The notes beneath the pieces were generated by a model. It was not told the origin of the DNA. It worked only from the letters and a program-made list of their open reading frames with translations, and ran no database searches. Source: Octopus bimaculoides (taxonomy: Eukaryota). From it: a stretch of 64,000 nucleotides of DNA. The translations under genes were made by a program, and so were the position numbers. The stretch is taken from the NCBI RefSeq assembly GCF_001194135.2, contig NC_068987.1, forward strand, positions 28,089,547 to 28,153,546, given 5' to 3'. This document shows positions 51,226 to 64,000 of this stretch, in pieces. Position 1 is the first letter of the stretch, and every line of letters begins with the position of its first letter.

Positions 51226-52720
51226 AACGAATAACAAATATATAGACAGAAACATGTCTATTTGAGGGAAAGAAGTTAAAACAGCGACTGCTTTATCAGA
51301 CTAAAGAAGAAACAATTGAAATAAATTTGAAGAAGAGGTTGAAAATGTGACTACAGAGGGCCAGGCTGAAACAATAATAAGAGAGGCTCCAACATAATCC
51401 AATACTTGACAGCTCTGAACAAAGCAGAAGTAGATAAAGAACATAACAACAGCGGTAACAACAATTGCATCAACAGTAGTAACACTAGCAACAGCAACAC
51501 CAGCGGCAGTAACAGCAACAACAACTCAGTATTGTTTGAGAGAAGCAGGACTTAAAGGTAAAATGGAATGATTGATTTTGGCACTTGGCGGTGAATTAAT
51601 AGGTTTGTAAGAGCGTCGGATAGAATACAAGGTGGTATTTCGCCTGGCTCTCGGGTTTTTGATTCAAAATATTGTCGGGATCAATTTCACATTCTATTCT
51701 TATGGAGCGATAATAAAAGTGCCAAATACAGGAGGATGGCTCAGTAGAACTATGAGAACTTGGAATCGGGTGCTTTGCTGTATTTGTTTCGGCGCTATTT
51801 GACAGACTGGGGAAGTAGTCAAATCCATCTCTCGATTTAGAACAATTGTTTTTTTAAAAATAGCATCTCGTGTGCTTTTAATGGAGTCTGCTTAGTTGCA
51901 AACAGTCAGACAGATTCTCTAGTTTGAAGAGACCTTCTTTTCTCATTTTCAAATATATCAGAAGCCTGCAAAATGTTATTGACTATTTACCATCCTGACT
52001 ATTATTTAAAAGAGTAATATTCTGCTAGAAACCATCTAAAGTATTTAAGGAAACCAATACCAAAAGTAAATAAATTAACAATATAGGTAACTGTAGAAAA
52101 TGTGGAGATCCGGAGGTAAAAATCTCAATCTCATTATTTCTTAGCCAAAGAATCTATCTATCTATCTATCTATCTATCTATATATATATATATATGCATA
52201 TATTTGCATATATTTGTATATATATANNNNNNNNNNNNNNNNNNNNNNNNNNNNNNNNNNNNNNNNNNNNNNNNNNNNNNNNNNNNNNNNNNNNNNNNNN
52301 NNNNNNNNNNNNNNNNNNNNNNNNNNNNNNNNNNNNNNNNNNNNNNNNNNNNNNNNNNNNNNNNNNNNNNNNNNNNNNNNNNNNNNNNNNNNNNNNNNNN
52401 NNNNNNNNNNNNNNNNNNNNNNNNNNNNNNNNNNNNNNNNNNNNNNNNNNNNNNNNNNNNNNNNNNNNNNNNNNNNNNNNNNNNNNNNNNNNNNNNNNNN
52501 NNNNNNNNNNNNNNNNNNNNNNNNNNNNNNNNNNNNNNNNNNNNNNNNNNNNNNNNNNNNNNNNNNNNNNNNNNNNNNNNNNNNNNNNNNNNNNNNNNNN
52601 NNNNNNNNNNNNNNNNNNNNNNNNNNNNNNNNNNNNNNNNNNNNNNNNNNNNNNNNNNNNNNNNNNNNNNNNNNNNNNNNNNNNNNNNNNNNNNNNNNNN
52701 NNNNNNNNNNNNNNNNNNNN

Positions 52721-52793
<73 letters not shown>

Positions 52794-52864
52794 TACATGC
52801 ATACATATGCATACGTAGACACACAGAGGCAATCACACACACAAACACACATATATATGACGGA

Positions 52865-53310
52865 GATGCCGGATGTCATATACAGGGAATTACACCAATA
52901 TTATGAAAAGACTACAGAATAAAGATAAAAATAAACACTAGAAAAATCATACAATATGAGAACGTGATTATGCTCTGAAACTTAACAGTTCGCACAAACT
53001 GAGTAATTATGTAACATCAACCAGACAGTATTGTCAAAGATCATCAGCAAAATAAATTGTGCCTGATTGAGGAAGCAAGTCTTAGAATCGACAATATTTC
53101 TCCAGAAGTAGACGAGAAACTGTTTAAAATATAATAATCGATTAGAAATAGGAGATAACCGGAATGCGTCAACTGAAAATGGAATGAATCTCATAATAAT
53201 GATACGTACCTGGGAAATCATTAAAAGGATGCATTAAACTGCACAACCAAAACTGCAAGACTTACGCGTACACCGAATCTATAGAAGATTCAACTACTAA
53301 ACATAAGTAG
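52865..53310 (+). pseudogene. Decayed R4/Dong-like non-LTR retrotransposon, restriction-like endonuclease region
   Basis: One frame from 52931 reads KIIQYENVIML*NLTVRTN*VIM*HQPDSIVKDHQQNKLCLIEEASLRIDNISPEVDEKLFK. This resembles the W-D...T-D...RPD-IV...C-LID...D-N...EK..KY pattern. It is followed in another frame by EITGMRQLKME, which resembles EI.RMW.LK. Confidence 0.6.
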
Positions 53311-53384
53311 AAAAAAGAAAAAAAAAAGAAAGCGACTCGAATAATGTGCATATCGAAACCGTAGTTATATTGTTTATAATTCTC

Positions 53385-53760
53385 TATACTTTTGGAAGAA
53401 TACCTGAAATTTTAGGAGTGGGAGCTAGTCGATTACATAGACCCCAAAAGCTCAACAGATACATATTTTATTGTCACCGAAAGACGGACGGAATTTGAAC
53501 TAAGAACGTAGAAGCAGACAAAATTCCGCTAAGCATTTTGCCCGTCTTGCTAACGGTTCTATCATCCCAATAATAATTCATTTCAATTTTTGGCACGAGG
53601 CTAGTAAAATTTTAGGAGGTAGGTTAAGTCGATTACATTGATCCAGAGCTTAACTGATATTTATTTTATCGACCCCGAAAATCTGAAAGACAGGTAATTC
53701 AACTCAAAGCTAAAGATTCAGAACAAATACCACAAGTTTTCAGTTATCCTCGTGATTCTA
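53385..53760 (-). mobile_element. Two tandem family B SINEs
   Basis: ggaatttgaactaagaacgtagaagcagacaaaattccgctaagcattttgccc, and ttttatcgaccccgaaaatctgaaag...aactcaaag. Confidence 0.8.
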
Positions 53761-56700
53761 CTATAGCTTTTTTATTTTCCATAATTACAATGAGAGAGGG
53801 ACAAAACGAAGAGAGCGCAAAGCAGAGTGGGAAGAACTACAAGTAAAACAGAAAAGGTAAGGAAAAGAAACATAAAATACATAAGGTATATAATGCATAT
53901 ATTATTAAAAGAGAACAACCCCCTATAGGAATTTAAGGTAATGAAAATTACTCAAATGCTTTTCAACAAATCCAACAAATTATTTTAATGGAAGAATTTA
54001 GTTATTTTTATATAAAACCAAATTTTCCTGCAAATCTTCCTCTAATCAAAAAATTTATTTTTCTCAAGAAATTCTTCTTCAGTGCTTGTTGGATAGACCA
54101 GTGTCTCCAGGTGGAGAGGTACTGACATAGAGATTCAAGATGTGGCATGTTTTATTCACATTTGCATTGAATGGTTACCAAACTGCTAATTTGAAAGAGG
54201 AAACCAAATAGTAACTTTTATGTATTTTATTTCGTTTTCTCTTTCTTCACCTCCTTTTACTCTCTTTCGTTTGAAATTTTTCCTGGTTTCCATTATCGGC
54301 TGCCTATCATCAGGAAATTACAAGGTTATTATCTCATTGTAAAATTCTCTCTGCCGTTCTTTTAATGAAATTGAAAAAGAAAAACCTTTTCAAATACAAC
54401 GACTAAGTGTACACTGACAAGAGTTTGAAGAAATAATACTGGAAGAACTGCTTTGATACAGAGTAAAAAAAAATCTATAAATACAGATGAAGTGTTTTGT
54501 TGGCCATTTTCTCCTTTAAGGAAGACGACAAGTAGTTGTAATATTGTAACGAATGCGATGGTGAGAGATAGTGCATAAACATAGCAGAATGTCTTAAAGA
54601 AATGGCTGAGAAAGAACATTTATATCTTACTCAGTAGAAACTTATCCGGCTTGCTCGGACCTGTTTGACCCCAGGTCCATTAATACTGATGTCAGTGTAA
54701 GTATTTACAGTAAATGTCTTCTGATTTATTTAATATCACGTAAATTCTGCATAATATCGATCTGTAGTCTAGCATCTGTAGCAAATCATTATAAAAGAAA
54801 TTCAAACAAGTTTAAAGAGTTTATTAATGAGGTCACTGTATGGGATTTTGCGCTACAGTGGCTAGCATGAATACAATGATCAAAAAGGAAAGAGCACTAA
54901 CACGCAATTCTGTGATACGTTAATGTGAATTCTCATAAAATCTAACAACCGTTTAGATATTGCACAATGTATCAAGGGAAATACATTGCTACAAGATTAA
55001 ATAACATTGTATATATAATAATAATGACGAGTAGCATTTTTTTTTAAAGATATGCAATATTCTCTTCAAATGAATTTTGGATCATGTTATTGAGTTGTAG
55101 CGTATTTCTCATTCGATAAAGTGAAGTCATAATTACACAAAATGGGCAAAGGTTTCTTTATTAAACAGCCTACCATATAACTGCACCTCTCTGCTAAATG
55201 AAACAGGAAACTTTTGAGCCACATATTAGAAATCATGAGGCATGTGATATCAACGATTGATATCACACGATTCTTATTAAAAGTATTTTCACACAGTAAA
55301 TGTTTCTTGTCTAAAGTACGATGTGTTATGTTTTAAGAAGTGAAAGAAAGAATTTATGATATTTATATACTTCAGTTATATTTTCAAGTATTTTATGAAA
55401 GGGCTGCAATTAATAAATAAAATCAGTCAGTGCAGTTACACTGTGAAAGAAGCACCATTTTGTAGACATAGCTAAATATTTCTGTATGATATTATCAATA
55501 TTTTATGACATCATCTACTATAAATATATCGTAATAGCATGTCTATCACAGATTTTGTACAAGATGTTAACTTGTTGCAAGCTGTGTCTATGTACTCATT
55601 GGCTTTCTCAATTCATGTCAGAAGTATAGCAATGGCCTGTAGAAAATGTATGAAAGACACAAATACCAATTTTACTTTAATCTAAATGCTAGTCTTTAGT
55701 ACGTAGGCTTAAGAAAAAAAAACCATATATACGCATGCACACACACATATATTATTAGAAATATTTTCAATTATATATTTCTTTTTAATGCAAGTTAACG
55801 TAACAGCAATATTTCAGAGCGATATGTGAAATAACTAAGATCTATGGCATATGCAGAACTCCATTTATTTTAAACTTTCTATACTTATCTTACCAGTAGT
55901 TCATTGAGTGAGAAAAGTTTACATAATTTAATATTTTGTAATGGTGTCTGAATTTATAAGCGACATTGAGTTTAACAAAATAGGAATGTTGCCAATTAAT
56001 ATTGAGTCAATCACTAACGATATAAGTTAGTTTGACACGATGTAACCATTTTCATTCTATCAAGCATGCCAATTTCGGAATTGTATCTATTTAAGTCGAC
56101 TGATCGAGTCAAGCGAATGTAATTCATTAATGTACTTTATTACAATAGTTGAGCCACGTTCATATCGTTAAATATCTATTTATAAAATAACTTGTCGTAT
56201 GAATGACATATGTTGTTCCAGAAATATTTTCCACTTTATCTTTCCTTGTTTCCCTCAATATATCTTCTTATTTGATTGCCTGATTCTGTCTGTATCTTAC
56301 TTCCTGTCTTTCTCTGTCTCTTCTCCCTATGTTCATGACTGTCTCTGTTTCTTTCTCTCTATTGAAGGATTACTTATTTTAGCAACGGCAACGAATTGCT
56401 TGTTCATGTCTATATCCTGTAATTTGTTATTATTTTCATGGAGACATTATTCATTTATTGATATCAGGACGGCTATTCTGACAGATATTCTGCGAGAGAA
56501 GTGGCTTATACCGTATTTGATTTCGCTATATCTTGTCAAGTAGAGAACAACATAAGAGGTTAATATTTCTTTCAGTTGTTATAGAAACCGGTTCGGATAT
56601 ATTCCTTTAGAGAAAAGAAGATCAAGGTAGGAAGACTCTCACAAAGGCAGCGAGATTTAAGTACGATAAAAAAAGCCAAAACAATAAAAACAACAGCAAA

Positions 56701-57867
56701 AAGCATTCTGGAATATTGACGTAGTGTCTTGATACGTGGATAAACTTAACTTGGAACTGTTGGGTACACACTTGAATTATTAATAGTTTTCTAGCGAAAT
56801 ATAAATGGGTGTATGGCAGCCATGTTGATCGAGTAATAAAAGTGTGATAGCTCAAGAATAGTTACTACACTGAAGAGCTAAAAGTTTTGATAAATTGCAA
56901 AACTGCTGTACACAATGAAGATATTTATAGTTACCTAGATATATACGTACATATTTGGTGGCACACGCTTGTCGAAAATTAACTTGCTTTGTATTTGGAA
57001 ACAACTTTCTTTTATATTTTTGAAAACGATATTGTTACAAAGCTACCCTTAACTCTAGTAGCAAAACCACTATTATTACGTCATGAATTAGAATGCGAAA
57101 TAGCAACCCTAGTTGCTCAACACTTCCTCCATCTACCTCATATACTGAATAGTATACGAACTAACTAACGAGCGAACGAACTAACAAACCAACCAACCAA
57201 CCAACCAACTAGTCAGCCAGCCAGCAAGCCAACCAGTCCCCCAGCCAACTAACGAGGGAGCCTCCATGAAATCACCCGATCTGCCAGGAAATATGAGTCA
57301 AATCTCTATCATTTTACATCTAATCATACAAAACCAGAAACAACCATTAGATAATGTACTCTGGGCCATGCTACGATCACGGTTAGAACGTATCTGATCA
57401 TATCTATGATCACTCAGTGTTGACCTAGTGCTAAACAAACGCAACATCATAATTTTGCACTGCATAAGATTCCCCAATGTTTTTGTTTTATGTATAAAAC
57501 AAGTTCTGTTTGTCAGCTGTAACAATTTCATTGCCAGTCATTTCAATTTGTCATTACACTCTATTAATCTCGTAGTGGTGTCTGTGGTTGGAACACACCA
57601 TGGATCCAATCACACCCAACAGAAGAAAGATTTTATCCTAACGTTAGAACAATTTTATTTGCAGGCAAGAACATCTTTTCCCCCATTCCTGATCTCTTCC
57701 ACTTTTCCTATTCGTCGGCATGGTTGCTGATGTGCGTATGCAAAGGCGCGCATATTCTTACCCTTTATTGTTCCACATCTTCTCTTCTGGAACTTGTATC
57801 CTTCCTGTTTTCCCTTAATGTGTTAGTGCATGTATGTATGTATGTGTGTGTGTATGTATGTATGCAT

Positions 57868-57966
<99 letters not shown>

Positions 57967-58169
57967 GTATGTATAGCTGGTTGTGGCAGATAGATGTTGA
58001 TTAAATTTGTGATTATGTTATTGTTTGTCAATTATTAATGTATGTAGAACTTTGTAAATAAGGCGCTTTTCTTGGGTAGACACAAGATGTGAAAGTATTC
58101 ATGTTGCTTTAATATTATTGAATTTAATTCTTTTGTTTTGACAATGTAAAGAGCAAAGTTACAAAGCCT

Positions 58170-58455
58170 ATATACATATCTTTTATCCTTTATCTTTCAC
58201 TTGTTTCAGTTATTAGACTTCTGGAAATCCTGGGGCACAGCCTTTAAGAATTATTTTAGACGAATGTATCAATCTCAGTATTTATTTTGTTCGAGCCAGG
58301 CACTTATTCTATCAATTATTATGTGACATAAACACACCAATGCCGGTTGTCGAGTGGTGGTGGGGGACAAACACAGACATAATGACACACAAACAATATG
58401 TTTGTGTGTGTATGTGTACAACAAACTATCAGTTTTTGTCTACCAAATCCACTGA
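58170..58455 (-). mobile_element. Degenerate family A SINE
   Basis: ctttcacttgtttcagttattagact...taaacacaccaatgccggttgtcgagtggtggtgggggacaaacacagac...gtctaccaaatccact. Confidence 0.75.
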
Positions 58456-59682
58456 AGGTGGATATTTTAAATTGTTAGTGCTCTTCAATTATGGTTTTAA
58501 ATTTAAATTGGCCCCTCGATCAGATCCACCTTTTTACACCACCTACATCAAACTAAATCTACCACTACATTGTAAACAATATACAAAACAAAGGCTGTGA
58601 ACTCGTAGAAATAGTTGAGTGCCGAAAAAATATCTTGCAGTATTTTGTTAGATCTTTTTACATTTTATATCAAAATTTTGTAACGTTCTACTGTACCTTT
58701 AATAACGCTAGAAATTGATAAAATAAAATAGCAGTCAAGTACTGAGATTGCTCTAATCGACGATGGCTTTCCATTAAATTTTAAGTTTTATGCCATTTTA
58801 GAAAACAACACGAAAGAACGATATGACATGTAACATCATAATCATTATACGCAATATCAGAATCGGTAGATAACATAGTATACTAGAAAAATTTGACAGA
58901 AAAAAAGATGAAAATGCACTATGTATCAGTGAATAAAAAAATCACAGGAAAAACATTTTGTAAAGTTGGCCTTTCTGTGGAATTTTTTCTTTCTTATTTT
59001 GAACAACACGTACACGATTTCTTAACTAAATAGCAAAACATCTCTTTCTTTTGCAAGCAGGATTATTATTCTTGTTTTCTTGATTTTCAGGTTATAATCA
59101 TGAAATAAATATTATTTGAAATTGTAATATCAAATGCTTTTTTATGAATTCTAAAATATATAACCTTTCAACAGATGAAACAGTATGCTTAGTACAAGCG
59201 AAATTAAAAAATATGATGCGTCTTGAGGGGAAAACAACTGTCTACATGTCAAGTTTCTAAAGTAGCTAAAAAAAAATACTACCAAGCTGCAAAACGATAA
59301 ATATCAGGATGGTGGACAGGTAGCGAATCAATATTGGTAAAAATATAAAGCATATATTTGGGCTGTAAGTTGCCATCAGTTACTTCCCTCATTTTAAGTT
59401 TCAGGCCTTGTGTCTGGCAGTGGAATAGCATCAAGTGAACCCTCTATTTGTCTCTGTATTAGTAATTATATATTGTAGATATTTTCCTGAATAATAGAGA
59501 TTACCCAGATTCTTTAGTTTTTATCATTATCATTAGCGGGACCTGTGAATATTTCATGGAATTAATAGTAAACCTACTGGGTTATTTCTGAAAACTTTAT
59601 CCAAAAACCTTGAAAGCTTAGTCTGTGTTGTGACAGGTAATTTAAAAATTTAGTTCAATTTAAAAAAATACTTTTCATTGTG

Positions 59683-60542
59683 CACCCACCATCGCCGCCA
59701 CCATCGGCATGACGTTCACCCATTCTTCTAGAAACTCTAGCTCTGCCATCTGCCACAGAAATGCAATATCGACTTTCGTCAGAGAAGACTACAGTCCTCC
59801 ACTGCTGATGTCGTCCACTTCTGACATTTTTGAGCCCACCGCAGACGTGCCCGTCGATGACTATCTATGAAGATGGCGTCCCTAACCGGACGTCGACAAG
59901 ATATATTGAAAGGTCTCAGCGGTGAACTGTCTCTGCACAAATGATTCTGTGGTGAGTCCCTATGGTCTACCTAGCTGATTCCTTTGCCCTCCGGAATCGC
60001 TCTTGTAAGTGTTGTGGATGCAGGTGGCGATCTTGACGTGCTGTTGTAACCATAGTCAGCCACTGCGTGGACGATCATCCATGCTGTTTGTGGCATTGTG
60101 TTGTTTCCTCAGCCACTCAATTGTCTGAATCCTGCTATTCAAGTTATTAGAAATGACCCATGGGCGTTGACCAGCGTTGAGACATTCGATGGCTTGCTCC
60201 TTCTGATTTCGTGTCAGCCCAGGCATGCTTGTTGTGTTCGTAAAGCAAATGACAGGTTGGTAAATTTGGGTACCGTTTCATGCCCAATGAGTTAACGTTT
60301 TGCACGTACATCATGCTTTTCATGAAGATGCGTTCGCGAGCATTACCCTGTTCACGAAAAGTGAGCGAGTTCGAACCCTACATGCAATCCTTGTGCTTTC
60401 AAAAGAGAGTGGTATTGTGAGTCAGTGACATCTTCTTGATGTCAAATTATCTAGAAATGTGACAAAAGTCCATATAATTTCAATATCGCGTGTCACACAA
60501 ATAATCTTTTACAATGCAACGTTTCTTTTGTAGTTCAGTATA
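59683..60542 (-). mobile_element. Truncated Tc1/mariner transposon with decayed transposase and one TIR
   Basis: From the ATG at 60226 the minus strand reads MPGLTRNQKEQAIECLNAGQRP...DRPRSG*; VTTARQDRHL; SCRRP...HRRARLRWAQK; QQWRTVVFSDESRYC...DGRARVSRRMGER. This covers the paired-like HTH and the first D of the DDE triad. The terminus is TA-TACTGAACTACAAAAGAAACG at 60542-60520. Confidence 0.9.
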
Positions 60543-61471
60543 TAAGGAAAATTTCGTGGTGGTCTTCCTAGTCTTTCGTGATCAGAATTTAATATTATGA
60601 TTAAATGAATTCAAATTTACCCACTGTCGACTTTATCCTTTGGTAGCCGATCGATGAAATCAGATAGCTCTTTTCCTCAAAATTTCAGGTCAAGCGACTA
60701 AAGTAGAGAGAGTCAATCTGATATCAAATAACTAAAAATGTTTGACCCATTGTATTTGATTTTCTTGCAGAGTGCATTTCTGGACATTTTTCCTTAATCC
60801 TGATGATAAATATAGGGTTTGGGGAACGATTCTTTTATTGCTGTAGCACAAATATTTTGATAAAGCACTAATTTATCATTGAGTGTACTATGGGACTTTA
60901 CAGGAAAATATCATGAACGGTTTTATTGTATTATACAGAATAGAAAGACGCGATATTTATTTAACAAATAAATCAATTAACAAACAAGTTACGTTTAGTT
61001 GAATATTAATATCATTATTATTACGTAATAATAATTAAAGATGAGCGACTATAGTAGTGTCGGTGTGCTTTTAACGGTTAATGTTTCTCTCCGATATGTA
61101 ATTCTTTTTAATTACAAAATACGATGATAGATAAAATCAGCAAGAGAAACTAAAATATATTGTATTTGCTACGGTTAAATTTTTAACAAAAGCAATAGAT
61201 AATTAAATACAAGTGAGGAAAAGGTTTTAGTGTGTATGTCTTCCTATTAGAACATTCACAGTATAGAAAAAGAAACCTATTTGTAGTGTGTATGCTGAAT
61301 GCTTCCAATCATCTTGATTTTTTACACCAGCAACACGGTGAATGTGTCTTTAATATAATATGTTTTAAAGTACAGATAAACGCAGATGACTGCTTTTAGT
61401 GATAGTAATACTGTGGAGATACTATTGCCTTATTGCGTTTAGCTAGAATTGTCTTCTTGGCAAGAGATACT

Positions 61472-61630
61472 ATTATTGTTGTTCAGCCCCATGTCAACTC
61501 TGATCGAGCAGCTTTCTGGAGACGATTCAATGTTTTACACTTTTTAAAGAGAATAGGATGTGATCAGAAGGAGATTTAGTTGATATTTTTAGCATGTTGG
61601 ACGACTATTTAGAGGTTCTTTCGTCGATTT
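61472..61630 (-). repeat. Family D copy
   Basis: ttgttgttcagccccatgtcaactctgatcgagcag...ggagatttagttgatatttttagcatgttgg. Confidence 0.65.
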
Positions 61631-63657
61631 ATCTATGCAAGAGTCATGAAGTGCGAAAGGAAGATCTTTGACAACTACAACAATAGCAAATAATTCACTG
61701 AAATGTATTTATTGCGAAAGCTTGATTAACGAATAACTGAAAAATGCTCGAATCGAATTTAAAACACGTTAAAGTGACTTTCTAAAGAAGATATCAGAGA
61801 AGGTGATATATTAAGTGAAGAAGAAACCGTTTCAATAAACGAAAGAAAAAATTCTGTACAACATTAGTAATTGCTTACGAGAAGATGGCATTTTTGTGGA
61901 CATCGGAACCGGTTCGATAAATGATTACTAATTCACTTTGATATTTTGCTGAAGCTAGGAATAATCAAAAGCCATTTTGTTTTAACTATTTTTCTAAGCT
62001 GCTTGATTTTCTAATCAAGAATGTTTGAAGTTATGTAAAGTTGCACTTGTTATTCATATCTTCTGTCAACCTCATAGGTATTGTAGAGAAATACAATTTA
62101 TCTAACATAAAATTCTCGTTACATTACTAACATAATTAAGCATTATGTCTTTGTGGTTGTATTAACAATAAGTTTTTCAGATACATGATTGGTTGTTGCT
62201 TCTACCAGATATATTGTTCCGTTGACATGGATACATATTGGAGGTTGTTATATATAAATGTTTTTGACAGATTTAGTTTGTGTAACGTTTAAAGAACAGT
62301 CAATATTATATATAGGAAAGTGATAATAAAATACGAAATACAGTACATACAGTATTGAAATGTTGAAGCTAAGCCATAGATGCATGAAAGATTCGGAAAT
62401 GAACAATGCGAACGCTTGCTGAGGCTGAGAAACACCTATCTGAGGATCGCGAGATATTATTTACATTTGAATACGTAACTGAATTAAGTACAATGTGATA
62501 AGGCTGTATTAATTAACATTTTATTAAATATAATTTGATTAAATATAACTTACTTCTTGATAGAATTTTATCAACACTCTGTACCCAATTTTTTTCTGTA
62601 CAACCTTATAATATTTAAAGTAGGATTTTCATTCACATAGAATTTGTTGAGGGTTTGGAATAACTAAAAGTAATTCTATGAGTAATTCTTAATATAATTA
62701 TTAGAAAATCTGTATTAAGAAAAGATGCAGTTAATCTATGTCAACAGATTCAAAATGAAAGGAGTGAAATGGAATCGGATAGGAAAAATACGATTTAATC
62801 TGAATAGAAGATGAAGTAAAATCTTTCAAATGTGGTAAAACAAATTAATGGAAGGTTTCTCATTAAAGATCAATTTTATAGGTTTTAAGGAAATGATACA
62901 ATGTAAGATGTTATAAAATGCATTTATAATGAATGTACGACTCTAATTGCTGAGATGATTATTCAGCATAATGACATTTAATGATGTCTTTATTAAGGTG
63001 TGTACTAACAATTCATTATTATTCTTTTAGAAACTTAAACATTACGAAATGATATTTTTCAACTGATCTATTCATTAATTCTTAGGAATTAATGAAAATA
63101 ACAAAGCACACGGGTATTTTATTCAATTTCAAGTGAAGTAAAAGCACTTAAGACATTAAAGGATTCAATCTGATTATGAGGTGGGGATCACCTGCACGGC
63201 AAGCTACAGTATGTTATGAATGTAAACTTCACAATGTAAAGCTGTAGTTCTTATTCTTTTTGACTTTCTAGTGCATTGCATATCAAATACAAAATTATTG
63301 GTGCGATTCATGTGAAAGAAACATCTATGAATTAAAGTTGAAAATTTAAGAAAATATGAATAATTTATCTTGTTTAGTCAAAATTTCAATAGACACAAAT
63401 ATTAGTATAGGTTTTCTAAGGCTTTAAATTATATTTTCAGTTATTTGCGATGCTTTTAGATACTCTTCGGGGCACACAATTTGAAAACTTGTCATGTGAA
63501 GTGTATCATCCTGCAGGCAACATATCGACATTAATAAAGAAGTATTATGATATATAGGATTATGTGCGCTATCAAGACATTGCAAAAATAACCTAAATAA
63601 TGAACTCTTTTCGGTGACAATAACAACATTTAAATAAAGCCGGTTAAATATTTCTAC

Positions 63658-63872
63658 GTACAGTGATTTCAAATTTTGGCACAAAGACAGCAATTTCGGA
63701 GGAGGGGGCAAGTTGATTACAGCAGCCCCATTTCTGGACTGGTAGGTTTTTTTGTTTTTTTTTGTCGGTCCCGAAAGGATGAAAAGTAAAGTCGACTCAG
63801 AATGTAAAGACGGACGAAATGCCGCTAAGCATTTATCTCAGCGTGGCAGCGATTCTACCAGCTCACCGCCTA
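63658..63872 (-). mobile_element. Family B SINE
   Basis: cccgaaaggatgaaaagtaaagtcgactcagaatgtaaagacggacgaaatgccgctaagcatt...gattctaccagctcaccgcctaa. Confidence 0.88.
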
Positions 63873-64000
63873 AATTACTCTCTCTCTCTCTCTCTCTCTC
63901 TGTATATATATATATATATATATATATTGGGAATATAATATCGTATCATGTAGAGACAAGTTGTTTATCCTTATACATGTTTCCATTAGACACACGCTAC

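Noticed and set aside
62180-62260. ATTGG plus TATATAAA, promoter-like
   Set aside because: Such motifs are common by chance in DNA this AT-rich, and there is no downstream gene evidence.
63072-63097. 11-bp hairpin ttcattaattc-ttag-gaattaatgaa
   Set aside because: Short and almost entirely A/T, so plausible by chance.

Overview
This is eukaryotic DNA: very AT-rich, saturated with microsatellites, and broken by nine N-gaps. The repeat families and the (TA)n/(CA)n density point to an octopod cephalopod draft assembly; that assignment is inferred from recognising the tRNA-derived SINEs. No complete protein-coding gene is supportable. Nearly all ORFs in the supplied track are translations of microsatellites or N-runs. 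The window is intronic or intergenic and contains (i) dozens of copies of several SINE-like families, labelled A-E and H here; (ii) decayed coding fragments of four transposon classes that the ORF track misses: a Tx1/L1-type RT core at 17092-17476, an RTE-type C-terminus at 42118-42409, an R4/Dong-type restriction-like endonuclease region at about 52865-53310 and a Tc1 transposase at 59683-60542; (iii) two hAT-type MITEs with 8-bp target-site duplications; and (iv) a few small exon-like segments with good splice sites. The most striking structure is a 79-bp-arm palindrome at 11031-11194. Each arm encodes a minimal type I hammerhead-ribozyme fold of the kind known from Penelope-like element pseudo-LTRs, one per strand, and each carries a different core lesion. 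Repeat boundaries are read by eye and are approximate unless TSDs are quoted.
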